Shown piece by piece: positions 1-6,753 of a stretch of 10,563 nucleotides of DNA. A program made the position numbers and the translations under genes. Origin of the DNA: Candidatus Micrarchaeia archaeon (GTDB lineage Archaea > Micrarchaeota > Micrarchaeia > Anstonellales > J096); the NCBI GenBank assembly GCA_041500405.1, contig JBGQMB010000029.1, forward strand, positions 1 through 10,563. Reading direction: 5' to 3'. Position 1 is the stretch's first letter. Each line of letters begins with the position of its first letter. The notes beneath the pieces are model-generated. The model was not told the origin of the DNA, did not search any database, and saw nothing but the letters and a program-made list of their open reading frames with translations.

Positions 1-188
1 AAAAGGGCATCCGCGCCCTCAGAATAAGCATCCTTCTTCTTTTCAATACCTTTCACTTCAGCCATAGTTTCACCCACATCCTTCCATCGTGGCAGCCACT
101 CGGCACCTACAGCACCCACGCTACCGACGTTGGCGGCGATCATCGTGTATATGACCGCGTTGCGCAGATGGTTTTTGATGGTTGCCAT
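1..188 (-). CDS. Hypothetical protein, 5' part only (runs off the window edge), with a possible N-terminal signal or anchor
   Basis: Manual translation from ATG at 188 is open to base 1: MATIKNHLRNAVIYTMIAANVGSVGAVGAEWLPRWKDVGETMAEVKGIEKKKDAYSEGADAL. Basic N-terminus followed by an apolar stretch. Minus-strand TTTTTAATA (220-212) lies about 24 nt upstream. Not in the ORF track because it is truncated. Confidence 0.6.
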   Translation of the reverse strand, partial: MATIKNHLRNAVIYTMIAANVGSVGAVGAEWLPRWKDVGETMAEVKGIEKKKDAYSEGADAL

Positions 189-249
189 ATATAAAGATTA
201 TATATAGAAGGTATTAAAAATGTGTTTGTTAGGGGCTATATCTGTATCT

Positions 250-265
250 AAAAAAGCTTTTAAAA
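250..265 (+). promoter_or_regulatory. Archaeal BRE/TATA promoter for the RFC gene (probably leaderless)
   Basis: Purine-rich AAAAAAG followed by TTTTAAAA (258-265), ending 21 nt before ATG 287. No SD motif before the ATG. Confidence 0.55.
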
Positions 266-286
266 TCCCCTACCCATATTTCCACC

Positions 287-1252
287 ATGCACGGCGAATT
301 CCTTCCATGGACGGAGAAGTATAGGCCAAAGACCATAAAGGATGTCATAGGCCAGTCCCATGTCAGGGATGCGCTTGCCTCGCTTGTGAAAAAGAGGGCG
401 CTCCCGCACCTGCTGTTCGCAGGCCCGCCCGGCGTCGGAAAGACGACCATGGCGATGGCCATGGCGCACGAGCTTTACGGGGAGGACATCAGGGGCAACT
501 TCCTTGAGTTAAATGCCAGCGACGAAAGGGGCATAGACATAGTCAGGGGAAAGATAAAGGAGTTCGCGCGCAGCATAGGCAACAACAAGATAGGGTTCAA
601 GATAATATTCCTGGACGAGGCGGATGCGCTGACAAGCGATGCGCAGCAGGCGCTCAGAAGGACGATGGAAATTTACTCCGACGTGACGAGGTTCATGCTA
701 AGCTGCAATTACTCAAGCAAGATAATAGAGCCGATACAGAGCAGGTGCGCGGTCTTCCGCTTCCTCCAGCTGAAGAAGGAGGACGTCTTTTCAATGGTGA
801 AAAGGGTGGAGGAAGGCGAGGGAATCGAGGTCACTGAAGACGGAAAGGATGCCATAGCCTACGTCTCAGAAGGCGACCTGAGAAAGGCGATAAATGTCAT
901 GCAGGGCGCTTCGTTCCATGCCAAGAAGATAGACGCGGACCTTGTTTTCAGCATCGGCAACACCGCCCAGCCTGAAGCCGTGCGCAAGGCCATGAAGCTT
1001 GCGCTTGGCGGAAAATTCCAGGAGGCCAGAAAAGAGGTGGAGCACATGATGGTGAAATACGGCCTCAGCGGGGAGGATATCGTGATACAGTTCTACAAGG
1101 AGCTTCCCTCGCTTGAAATAGATGAAAAGCTGAAAGTCGTGCTGATAGACAGGATAGGCGAATACAACTTCAGGATTGCGGAGGGCGCGAACGAAAGGAT
1201 ACAGATAGACGCGCTTCTTGCCCAGTTCCTGCTCGCAGGAAAAGGAAATTGA
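287..1252 (+). CDS. rfcS: Replication factor C small subunit (clamp loader, AAA+)
   Basis: PWTEKYRP (RFC box II), Walker A GPPGVGKT, LELNASDERG, Walker B IFLDEAD, IQSRC motif, GDLRKAIN. 321 aa, no intein. Confidence 0.97.
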   Translation: MHGEFLPWTEKYRPKTIKDVIGQSHVRDALASLVKKRALPHLLFAGPPGVGKTTMAMAMAHELYGEDIRGNFLELNASDERGIDIVRGKIKEFARSIGNNKIGFKIIFLDEADALTSDAQQALRRTMEIYSDVTRFMLSCNYSSKIIEPIQSRCAVFRFLQLKKEDVFSMVKRVEEGEGIEVTEDGKDAIAYVSEGDLRKAINVMQGASFHAKKIDADLVFSIGNTAQPEAVRKAMKLALGGKFQEARKEVEHMMVKYGLSGEDIVIQFYKELPSLEIDEKLKVVLIDRIGEYNFRIAEGANERIQIDALLAQFLLAGKGN

Positions 1253-1299
1253 TTAAAAACCTTTCCCTCATTTTCCCTCAGAGCAATAAGGTGAATTTC

Positions 1300-1542
1300 A
1301 TGGATGAGGAAGCAGGAATGGGAAGCGAGGAAGCGGCGCCGAGAAACTATGGCGCGAAGCCGGTTGACGTAGGCCAGGAGCTTGAGGTGACGATAGAAAG
1401 CAAGGGCAAGAGCGGCGACGGGGTCGCAAAGGTGAGCGGCTATGTCATTTTCGTCAAGGGCGAGACAGAAATAGGCCAGAAGTACATGATAAAGATCGTG
1501 AGGATGGGAAGGAGTTTCGCGACTGGCGAGCTTGTCCAATAA
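1300..1542 (+). CDS. Single TRAM-domain RNA-binding protein (archaeal RNA chaperone type)
   Basis: KPVDVGQELEVTIESKGKSGDGVAKVSGYVIFV...KIVRMGRSFATGELV matches the TRAM pattern. Start moved to ATG 1300 because SD-like AGGTGA is at 1289-1294. TATA-like TTAAAAA at 1253-1259. Confidence 0.9.
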   Translation: MDEEAGMGSEEAAPRNYGAKPVDVGQELEVTIESKGKSGDGVAKVSGYVIFVKGETEIGQKYMIKIVRMGRSFATGELVQ

Positions 1543-1547
1543 TATTT

Positions 1548-1940
1548 TTACTCCTTTTTGTTCCGTTTCAGCAGCTTGGGCAGGTGCGCCCTGGCTGTCT
1601 TGTTTTCTACTTCAATGGCGCAGACGCCCATATTCTCAACTTTTCCGATATATTCCCCGTTCGGAAGGTCCAGCTTCATCGGTTTTCCGGACACAAGCAT
1701 TTCCGCATCCTGCCTTTTCAGGTCAACAAAATTGCGCAAGGCAAGGTGCCCGAACATCGTCGCGAAATAGTGGCTTGTCGCTCCGTCGAACGCCGGATAC
1801 CCCCTGCTTCCCTTTATCGGGGACGACATGAGCTGCTTTGAGAATACCCTGACCATATCGTTCTTGTCTTCGTAGACAACATTGTCAGGCCTTATGCCGA
1901 ACCTCTGGTCCATGTGCCTCTTGAATTCTCCGGCGTCCAT
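1548..1940 (-). CDS. Stand-alone PUA-like RNA-binding protein resembling the C-terminal region of RsmF/NOP2-family m5C methyltransferases
   Basis: RFGI near the N-terminus and FATMFGHLALRNFVDLKRQDAEMLVSG resemble the 'FG..A.KN.V.L...A..L..G' pattern I recall for these domains. Start ATG 1940 chosen from minus-strand TTTTAAT at 1968-1962. 130 aa. Confidence 0.55.
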   Translation of the reverse strand: MDAGEFKRHMDQRFGIRPDNVVYEDKNDMVRVFSKQLMSSPIKGSRGYPAFDGATSHYFATMFGHLALRNFVDLKRQDAEMLVSGKPMKLDLPNGEYIGKVENMGVCAIEVENKTARAHLPKLLKRNKKE

Positions 1941-1990
1941 GATTCCATATTGGCAGAAAGCATTAAAACGCATATGGCGGAAATTGGAGC
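1941..1990. promoter_or_regulatory. 50-bp divergent promoter region with one central TATA-like element
   Basis: ATTAAAA at 1962-1968 lies 21-22 nt from both ATG 1991 (+) and ATG 1940 (-). Confidence 0.45.
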
Positions 1991-3076
1991 ATGGAGCTTT
2001 CCGGCAACGCGCTTTTCGAGGCGATAAAGGAGGAGAAAAGAAAGGGAAAGTTCATGGTTGCGCAGATAGCGCCTGCATTGCGCGTGACGATAGGCGAGGA
2101 GTTCGGGCTCCCTGACGGGGCTGAGGTTACGGGAAAGCTGGTCTCATTGCTGAAAAGCCTCGGGTTTGACGAGGTAATCGACACCTCGTTCGGCGCCGAC
2201 GCCATAGTGTTCATAGAGGCAAAGGCGTTCGAGGAGATGCTGAACAAAAACGACCCAAGCGCGTTTCCGCTGTTCAACTCCTGCTGCACAGGCTGGAGGG
2301 AATACGCCGAAAAAAGGCATCCCGAGCTGATTCCGCGCATATCCAGGATAGTCACGCCCATGATGATGGCGGGCGCGGTGGCGAAGATGTTCTTCTCCAA
2401 GACGTGGAGCCGCAACCCACAGGACATCGTCATCGTCGGCATAATGCCGTGCACCCTGAAAAAGCACGAGACCCAGATGGAAATGCAGAACGGGCTGAGA
2501 TACACGGACTATGTTGTCACAACAAGGGAGCTTGGCGAATGGGCGCGCTCGGAAAAATTGGAGCTGTCAAAAATGAAGGACGGTTTCATAACGGACGTCA
2601 GCATGCCTTCGAAGGGCGGCGTCATCTTCGGCGCGACCGGGGGCATAACAGAGGCGTTCATCACGACCCTTGCCGCAAACCTCAATGAAAAAAAGGAGAC
2701 GCTTGAGCTTAGGAAAAACGAGAACCTGCGCGAATGCGTGTTCAAGGTGGGGAAACACAAAATCAGCACCGCGGTGGTTTTCGGCTTCCCTGCGCTGGAG
2801 AAGCTGCTTGAAAAAATCAAGAACGGCGCAAAGTACCACTTTGTGGAAGTCATGATGTGCGCGTACGGCTGCGTGGGCGGCCCCGGACAGCCCGCGCCCA
2901 AGAACGGCATGGAAACGATACTGAAAAGGGCGGAGGCGATGAGGAAGGCTGCCGACAAAATGCCTGAAAAGACGCCCGCGTCCTTGAAGTCAATAAAGGC
3001 GCTGGACCCGCTGTTCTTCGCAAGCCTGCAGGGGAAAGGCTGCTTCGTGTTTTTCGAAAACGTGAAGAAGGAATAG
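1991..3076 (+). CDS. hydA: Minimal monomeric [FeFe]-hydrogenase (H-cluster domain only, group A-like)
   Basis: QIAPALRV, DTSFGAD, P1 FNSCCTGW, P2 IMPCTLKKHE, IFGATGG, P3 EVMMCAYGCVGGPGQP. All five H-cluster-associated Cys are present (C98, C99, C154, C290, C294). No CxxCxxCxxxC ferredoxin motif. 361 aa. Confidence 0.95.
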   Translation: MELSGNALFEAIKEEKRKGKFMVAQIAPALRVTIGEEFGLPDGAEVTGKLVSLLKSLGFDEVIDTSFGADAIVFIEAKAFEEMLNKNDPSAFPLFNSCCTGWREYAEKRHPELIPRISRIVTPMMMAGAVAKMFFSKTWSRNPQDIVIVGIMPCTLKKHETQMEMQNGLRYTDYVVTTRELGEWARSEKLELSKMKDGFITDVSMPSKGGVIFGATGGITEAFITTLAANLNEKKETLELRKNENLRECVFKVGKHKISTAVVFGFPALEKLLEKIKNGAKYHFVEVMMCAYGCVGGPGQPAPKNGMETILKRAEAMRKAADKMPEKTPASLKSIKALDPLFFASLQGKGCFVFFENVKKE

Positions 3077-3077
3077 C

Positions 3078-3587
3078 TTACTCAACCGCCCTTATTATGG
3101 AATATGCCAGCGTTCCGCCCAATAGCGCGGTAAGAAACTGGATCATTCCAAACGCGGCAAGCATCTGCGCAGGAAGGCCAAGGAAATAAACAAGCGCAAA
3201 TGACGACACGATCAGCAGCGCGGCCTTTGACGCCGCGCCTGCCAGCAACGCCTTCCAATAATTGTTATTTATTTTCCTGACAACAAACATCAGCGTCGCG
3301 TTGCCGAGCCATATGAACGGCAGCATCGCAGCAACCGCGCCTGAAGGCTGCCCCAGCACAACGCCGATAAGCATCGCTATTATGGAGGGAATGAACGCAG
3401 GCGCATACGCTTTTGTCCCGCTTATCCTCAATGCGGAAAGGACAAGCATTGCGTTGACTATTGTTCCAAGTATTGCCTGCTGGGTTATCAGCATCGGCGC
3501 AAGGAAAGCCACGGAGCAAAATGCGAAAAGCTCGAATTCCTCCTTTCCAACGAACGGAAGCCTGAAAACGCTTATGTCCTGCCCCAT
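3078..3587 (-). CDS. ECF-transporter S-component-like membrane protein (about 5-6 TM helices), substrate unknown
   Basis: 169 aa and almost entirely hydrophobic. The motifs QQAILGTIVNAML, PSIIAMLIG, MLPFIWLGN and QFLTALLGG fit the S-component pattern I recognise. Start placed at ATG 3587 because the longer ORF overlaps the tRNA-like fragment. Minus-strand TATTTAAA at 3617-3610. Confidence 0.7.
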   Translation of the reverse strand: MGQDISVFRLPFVGKEEFELFAFCSVAFLAPMLITQQAILGTIVNAMLVLSALRISGTKAYAPAFIPSIIAMLIGVVLGQPSGAVAAMLPFIWLGNATLMFVVRKINNNYWKALLAGAASKAALLIVSSFALVYFLGLPAQMLAAFGMIQFLTALLGGTLAYSIIRAVE

Positions 3588-3609
3588 AGTTTTGGTTTTG
3601 CCCGTTTTC

Positions 3610-3617
3610 TTTAAATA
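3610..3617. promoter_or_regulatory. TATA box probably shared by the S-component gene (-) and the tRNA locus (+)
   Basis: TTTAAATA is 22 nt from ATG 3587 on the minus strand and 23 nt from G3641 on the plus strand. Confidence 0.5.
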
Positions 3618-3640
3618 ACTGACGCCGCCCAATATATAGA

Positions 3641-3709
3641 GGGCCCGTAGCTCAGTTTGGCCTTGGAAAAAAGCGGCCAAATCGCTCCGGTCCAAGATGC
3701 AGTCAGTAG
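3641..3709 (+). pseudogene. tRNA 5'-fragment or decayed tandem copy directly upstream of tRNA-Arg
   Basis: GGGCCCGTAGCTCAGTTTGG (3641-3660) is a canonical archaeal tRNA 5' end up to G18-G19. Its first 15 nt match 3710-3724 at 14 positions. No T-arm (TTCRA) occurs before 3710. Confidence 0.5.
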
Positions 3710-3784
3710 GGGCCCGTAGCTTAGCCCGGATAAAGTGCCCGGCTTCGGACCGGGAGATCGAGGGTTCGAATCCCTCCGGGCCCT
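3710..3784 (+). tRNA. tRNA-Arg (anticodon TCG), no intron, CCA not encoded
   Basis: Acceptor GGGCCCG/CGGGCCC. D-stem GCTT/AAGT with loop AGCCCGGATA carrying the A20 Arg determinant. Anticodon stem CCCGG/CCGGG with loop CT-TCG-GA. T-arm GAGGG-TTCGAAT-CCCTC. Confidence 0.95.
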
Positions 3785-3825
3785 AACAACATGCGTTAAA
3801 AAATCTATTGCCAGAGTGTTTGTCC

Positions 3826-4731
3826 ATGGATGATTTCGAGCTCGAGGACCTCAAGGAAGCAGGCAAGCTTACCGCGAGGCTCAAGAAGGATGCGGAGCAG
3901 CTGACAATAGTCGGCGAAAGGCTCTTTGACATCGCCGAAACGCTCGAGCAGCTGATGGAAAAGGAGGGCGCAGCCCCTGCGTTTCCCGTGAACATCTCAA
4001 TCAATGAATTGGCGGCGCACTACACGCCGTCTGCCGACGACAAGGCGGAAATTCCGGAGGACGGCCTTGTCAAGGTCGATTTTGGATTGATCAAGGGAAA
4101 CGCGATAACTGATACCTCTGTCACCGTTGACCTTGGAAACAAATACAAGCCATTGATGAAGGCGTCAAGGGATGCGCTGGACAACGCCATAAAGGCAGTA
4201 AAGCCCGGCGTCCCTGTGAATGACATAAGCAAGATAATCTACGAGACAGTAAGGGAGAACGGATGCAAGCCCATCTCCAACCTTGCAGGCCACAAGATAG
4301 AGTGGATGAACCTGCACGCCGGGATAGAGGTCCCGAACATTCCTGCCAACGAGATGTACGAGTTCAAGGAGGGCGACGTTTTCGCAATAGAGCCGTTCGT
4401 GACAACAAAGGAGGGCGCGGGATACATAAAGGAGACGGACCATGTCGAGATTTACAGCCTGTTCATGCCAGGAAACATACGCATGAGGCAGAGCAGGAAA
4501 ATGCTTGAATATATCATAGAGCACTATAAGACAATGCCGTTCTGCGAAAGGTGGCTCAACAAAGAGTTCAAGTCCCGGCTTTTGCTCAACTCGGGGCTGA
4601 AGGAGATGCTAAAGGCAAGGGTGCTGGTCGCGTATCCGGTGCTTGCAGAGGCAAACGGACAGCCGATTGCGCAGTTTGAGGAAACAGTCGTGGTCACCAA
4701 GGAAGGGTGCATCCCGATAACAAAGCATTAA
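3826..4731 (+). CDS. map: Type II methionine aminopeptidase
   Basis: AFPVNISINELAAHYTP, VKVDFG...ITDTS, NLAGHKI, LHAG, FAIEPF, AQFEETV give the D, D, H, E, E metal ligands. The type II helical insertion (MPFCERWL) is present. ATG 3826 lies 22 nt after TTAAAAAA (3796-3803). Confidence 0.96.
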   Translation: MDDFELEDLKEAGKLTARLKKDAEQLTIVGERLFDIAETLEQLMEKEGAAPAFPVNISINELAAHYTPSADDKAEIPEDGLVKVDFGLIKGNAITDTSVTVDLGNKYKPLMKASRDALDNAIKAVKPGVPVNDISKIIYETVRENGCKPISNLAGHKIEWMNLHAGIEVPNIPANEMYEFKEGDVFAIEPFVTTKEGAGYIKETDHVEIYSLFMPGNIRMRQSRKMLEYIIEHYKTMPFCERWLNKEFKSRLLLNSGLKEMLKARVLVAYPVLAEANGQPIAQFEETVVVTKEGCIPITKH

Positions 4732-4764
4732 AAACTCTTTTCTATACTTTTTAACACGGTTCAC

Positions 4765-6729
4765 ATGGGGCAAAACTCGGACAACGGCCGCGAAAGCCAG
4801 AGGCGCATGCGCAGGCAGGCCAGCCCCGGCCAGATAAATGCCTCCGAAAAGAGGAAAAAGTTCCACGAAATATTCAGGCGCGGAAAGGAAAAGTTCGATG
4901 CAAACGACTTCAGGGGCGCCGTGCGCGAAATGAACAGGTCGCTCAAGCTGAAGCCAAGGCATTCCGAGGCATATTATCTCAGGAGCCTTGCAAGGCAGAG
5001 GCTCAGGGATGACAAAGGCTCGTCCCGCGACATGGAAAAGTATGTCCTGCTCACAAACAGGAAGACCATATCAATGTCAATGAGGATAGGCTCGCGCGAA
5101 ATCGCCATGGGAAACATGGAAGCCGGGCTGAAAAGCATGGGCCACGCGATATCCAGGAAGTGCGACGGCATTGCGGCGGGGTTCATCAACAGGGGCCACA
5201 TGATGGAGCTGGCCGGCGACAGCCGCAGCGCAATACGCCAGTTCACGCAGGCGGTTGAGGCAAGCCCGTGGTCAACATCGCCGTTCATGGCAAGGGGACA
5301 GGCCCATATGGCGCTCAATGAATTCGCAAACGCAAAAGAGGATTTCAGCAAGGCGCTGGAGATAAGGGAATTCGCCGAGGGGTTCATGTTCAGGGGCATC
5401 TGCCTCAACCGCATCGGCGACAACGAGAACGCGGTCCTTGACATCACAAAGGCGCTGGAGATAAACCCGAAATACGCGGAGGCGCTTTTCCACAGGGCGG
5501 TCGTGCTTGACTGGATGAAGATGCGCGACGCCGCGCTCAATGACATAAACAAGGCGCTTGGGCTGAATCCGGAGAATGCCAATTTCCTTGCCATAAAAGG
5601 CCTGATACTCAACAACCTCGGCAGGCACGAGGACGCAATATACATCCTGGACGCGCTTCCGAAACAGCCTGACGCATCATACATCATGGCAATCGCCTTT
5701 GAATCATTGGGAAGGCCCGGCGATGCCATAAGGTGCCTTGACTCCGCAATACGGATGGACGAAAACGACCATACGCTTTATCTCAAAAGGCAGGGCATTA
5801 AACGCTCAATGGGCGACATGGAGGGCGCTGGGAAGGACGGGCAAATGGCCGCGGTTCTAAAGAAGCAGAACGATTTTGACGAAAACATGCTCAAGGGGCG
5901 CACCCTGCTTGCGAACAGGATGTACGGCGCCGCGCTTGCATGCGCGTCAAAGGCCATGGAGATGAGGCCCTCCGACCCGGATGCATACGCGCTCAGGGCA
6001 AGGGCGCATTTTGCCGCAGGCGAGAATGAAGAGGCGGTCGCCGACTGCAATAAGGCCATAGAACTGGCCCCGGACGATGCGGAACTATACAACATGCGGA
6101 ACATGTATTATTTCAACATGGGGGAATACGACAACGCCCTTGGCGACATAGACAAGGCGCTGTCATTGGCGCCAAGGGACAAAGACTTCATATACGCAAG
6201 GGCGCACACCCTGATGGAGATGAGAAGGTACAAGGAGGCGATAGCCTGTTTTTCCAGGCTGATAATGCGCGACCCGGACGACGACCAGCTTTACTATGAC
6301 AGGGCGGACTGCTTCCATAGCCAGGGAAAAATCAAGGAATCCATCCAAGACTACAGGGCCGCGATAAGGCTTAATTCCCACAACCCGGTATATTATAGCG
6401 ACCTCGGCGCCGCGCTCTACATGAGGGGGAACTACATGAAAGCCATCCGCCTTTTCAGCAAGTCCATTCAGGTCGCGGAAAAGGATAAAAACATGATTGC
6501 AAAGTCCAACTCGCACACCAACATCGCGCTTTCGTTTGAGAACCTCGGCAACAACTTTGAGGCCATGCGCCATTACGGCCTTGCCATTGAAGCAGACCAG
6601 AAGAACGCGGCCGCGCTCTACAACAGGTCCATACTCAAAAAAAGGATAGGCGACAAGGAGGGCGCAACGCAGGACCTTGAAAGGGCGTGGGACATTGAAA
6701 GCGGAGAGGACATTGAGCCCCCTTTTTAA
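4765..6729 (+). CDS. Tetratricopeptide-repeat (TPR) protein, 654 aa
   Basis: More than ten ~34-aa repeats, e.g. AVLDITKALEINPKYAEALFHRA, AVADCNKAIELAPDDAELYNMR, ALGDIDKALSLAPRDKDFIYARA. No recognisable catalytic domain or signal peptide. Confidence 0.92.
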   Translation: MGQNSDNGRESQRRMRRQASPGQINASEKRKKFHEIFRRGKEKFDANDFRGAVREMNRSLKLKPRHSEAYYLRSLARQRLRDDKGSSRDMEKYVLLTNRKTISMSMRIGSREIAMGNMEAGLKSMGHAISRKCDGIAAGFINRGHMMELAGDSRSAIRQFTQAVEASPWSTSPFMARGQAHMALNEFANAKEDFSKALEIREFAEGFMFRGICLNRIGDNENAVLDITKALEINPKYAEALFHRAVVLDWMKMRDAALNDINKALGLNPENANFLAIKGLILNNLGRHEDAIYILDALPKQPDASYIMAIAFESLGRPGDAIRCLDSAIRMDENDHTLYLKRQGIKRSMGDMEGAGKDGQMAAVLKKQNDFDENMLKGRTLLANRMYGAALACASKAMEMRPSDPDAYALRARAHFAAGENEEAVADCNKAIELAPDDAELYNMRNMYYFNMGEYDNALGDIDKALSLAPRDKDFIYARAHTLMEMRRYKEAIACFSRLIMRDPDDDQLYYDRADCFHSQGKIKESIQDYRAAIRLNSHNPVYYSDLGAALYMRGNYMKAIRLFSKSIQVAEKDKNMIAKSNSHTNIALSFENLGNNFEAMRHYGLAIEADQKNAAALYNRSILKKRIGDKEGATQDLERAWDIESGEDIEPPF

Positions 6730-6753
6730 CCGTTTTGCAGCATATAATCTATG

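Noticed and set aside
287..1252. Intein in the RFC small subunit
   Set aside because: The Walker A and downstream motifs are contiguous and the length is normal at 321 aa.
3588..3695. N-terminal extension of the membrane protein ORF
   Set aside because: It has a TTG start and overlaps the TATA box and the tRNA-like fragment. ATG 3587 fits the promoter spacing.
3641..3716. An independent 76-nt cloverleaf closed by GGGCCC/GGGCCC
   Set aside because: The pairing arises only because GGGCCC is palindromic. There is no T-loop and no proper anticodon stem.
3641..3784. A single tRNA with a 69-nt D-loop intron
   Set aside because: No convincing bulge-helix-bulge was found, splicing would give a C13-A22 mismatch, and 3710-3784 is already a complete tRNA. 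It is kept only as a minor alternative.
3785..6753. Integrated element between the two tRNAs
   Set aside because: There is no integrase, no duplicated tRNA 3' end and no GC shift, and the segment carries the housekeeping gene map.
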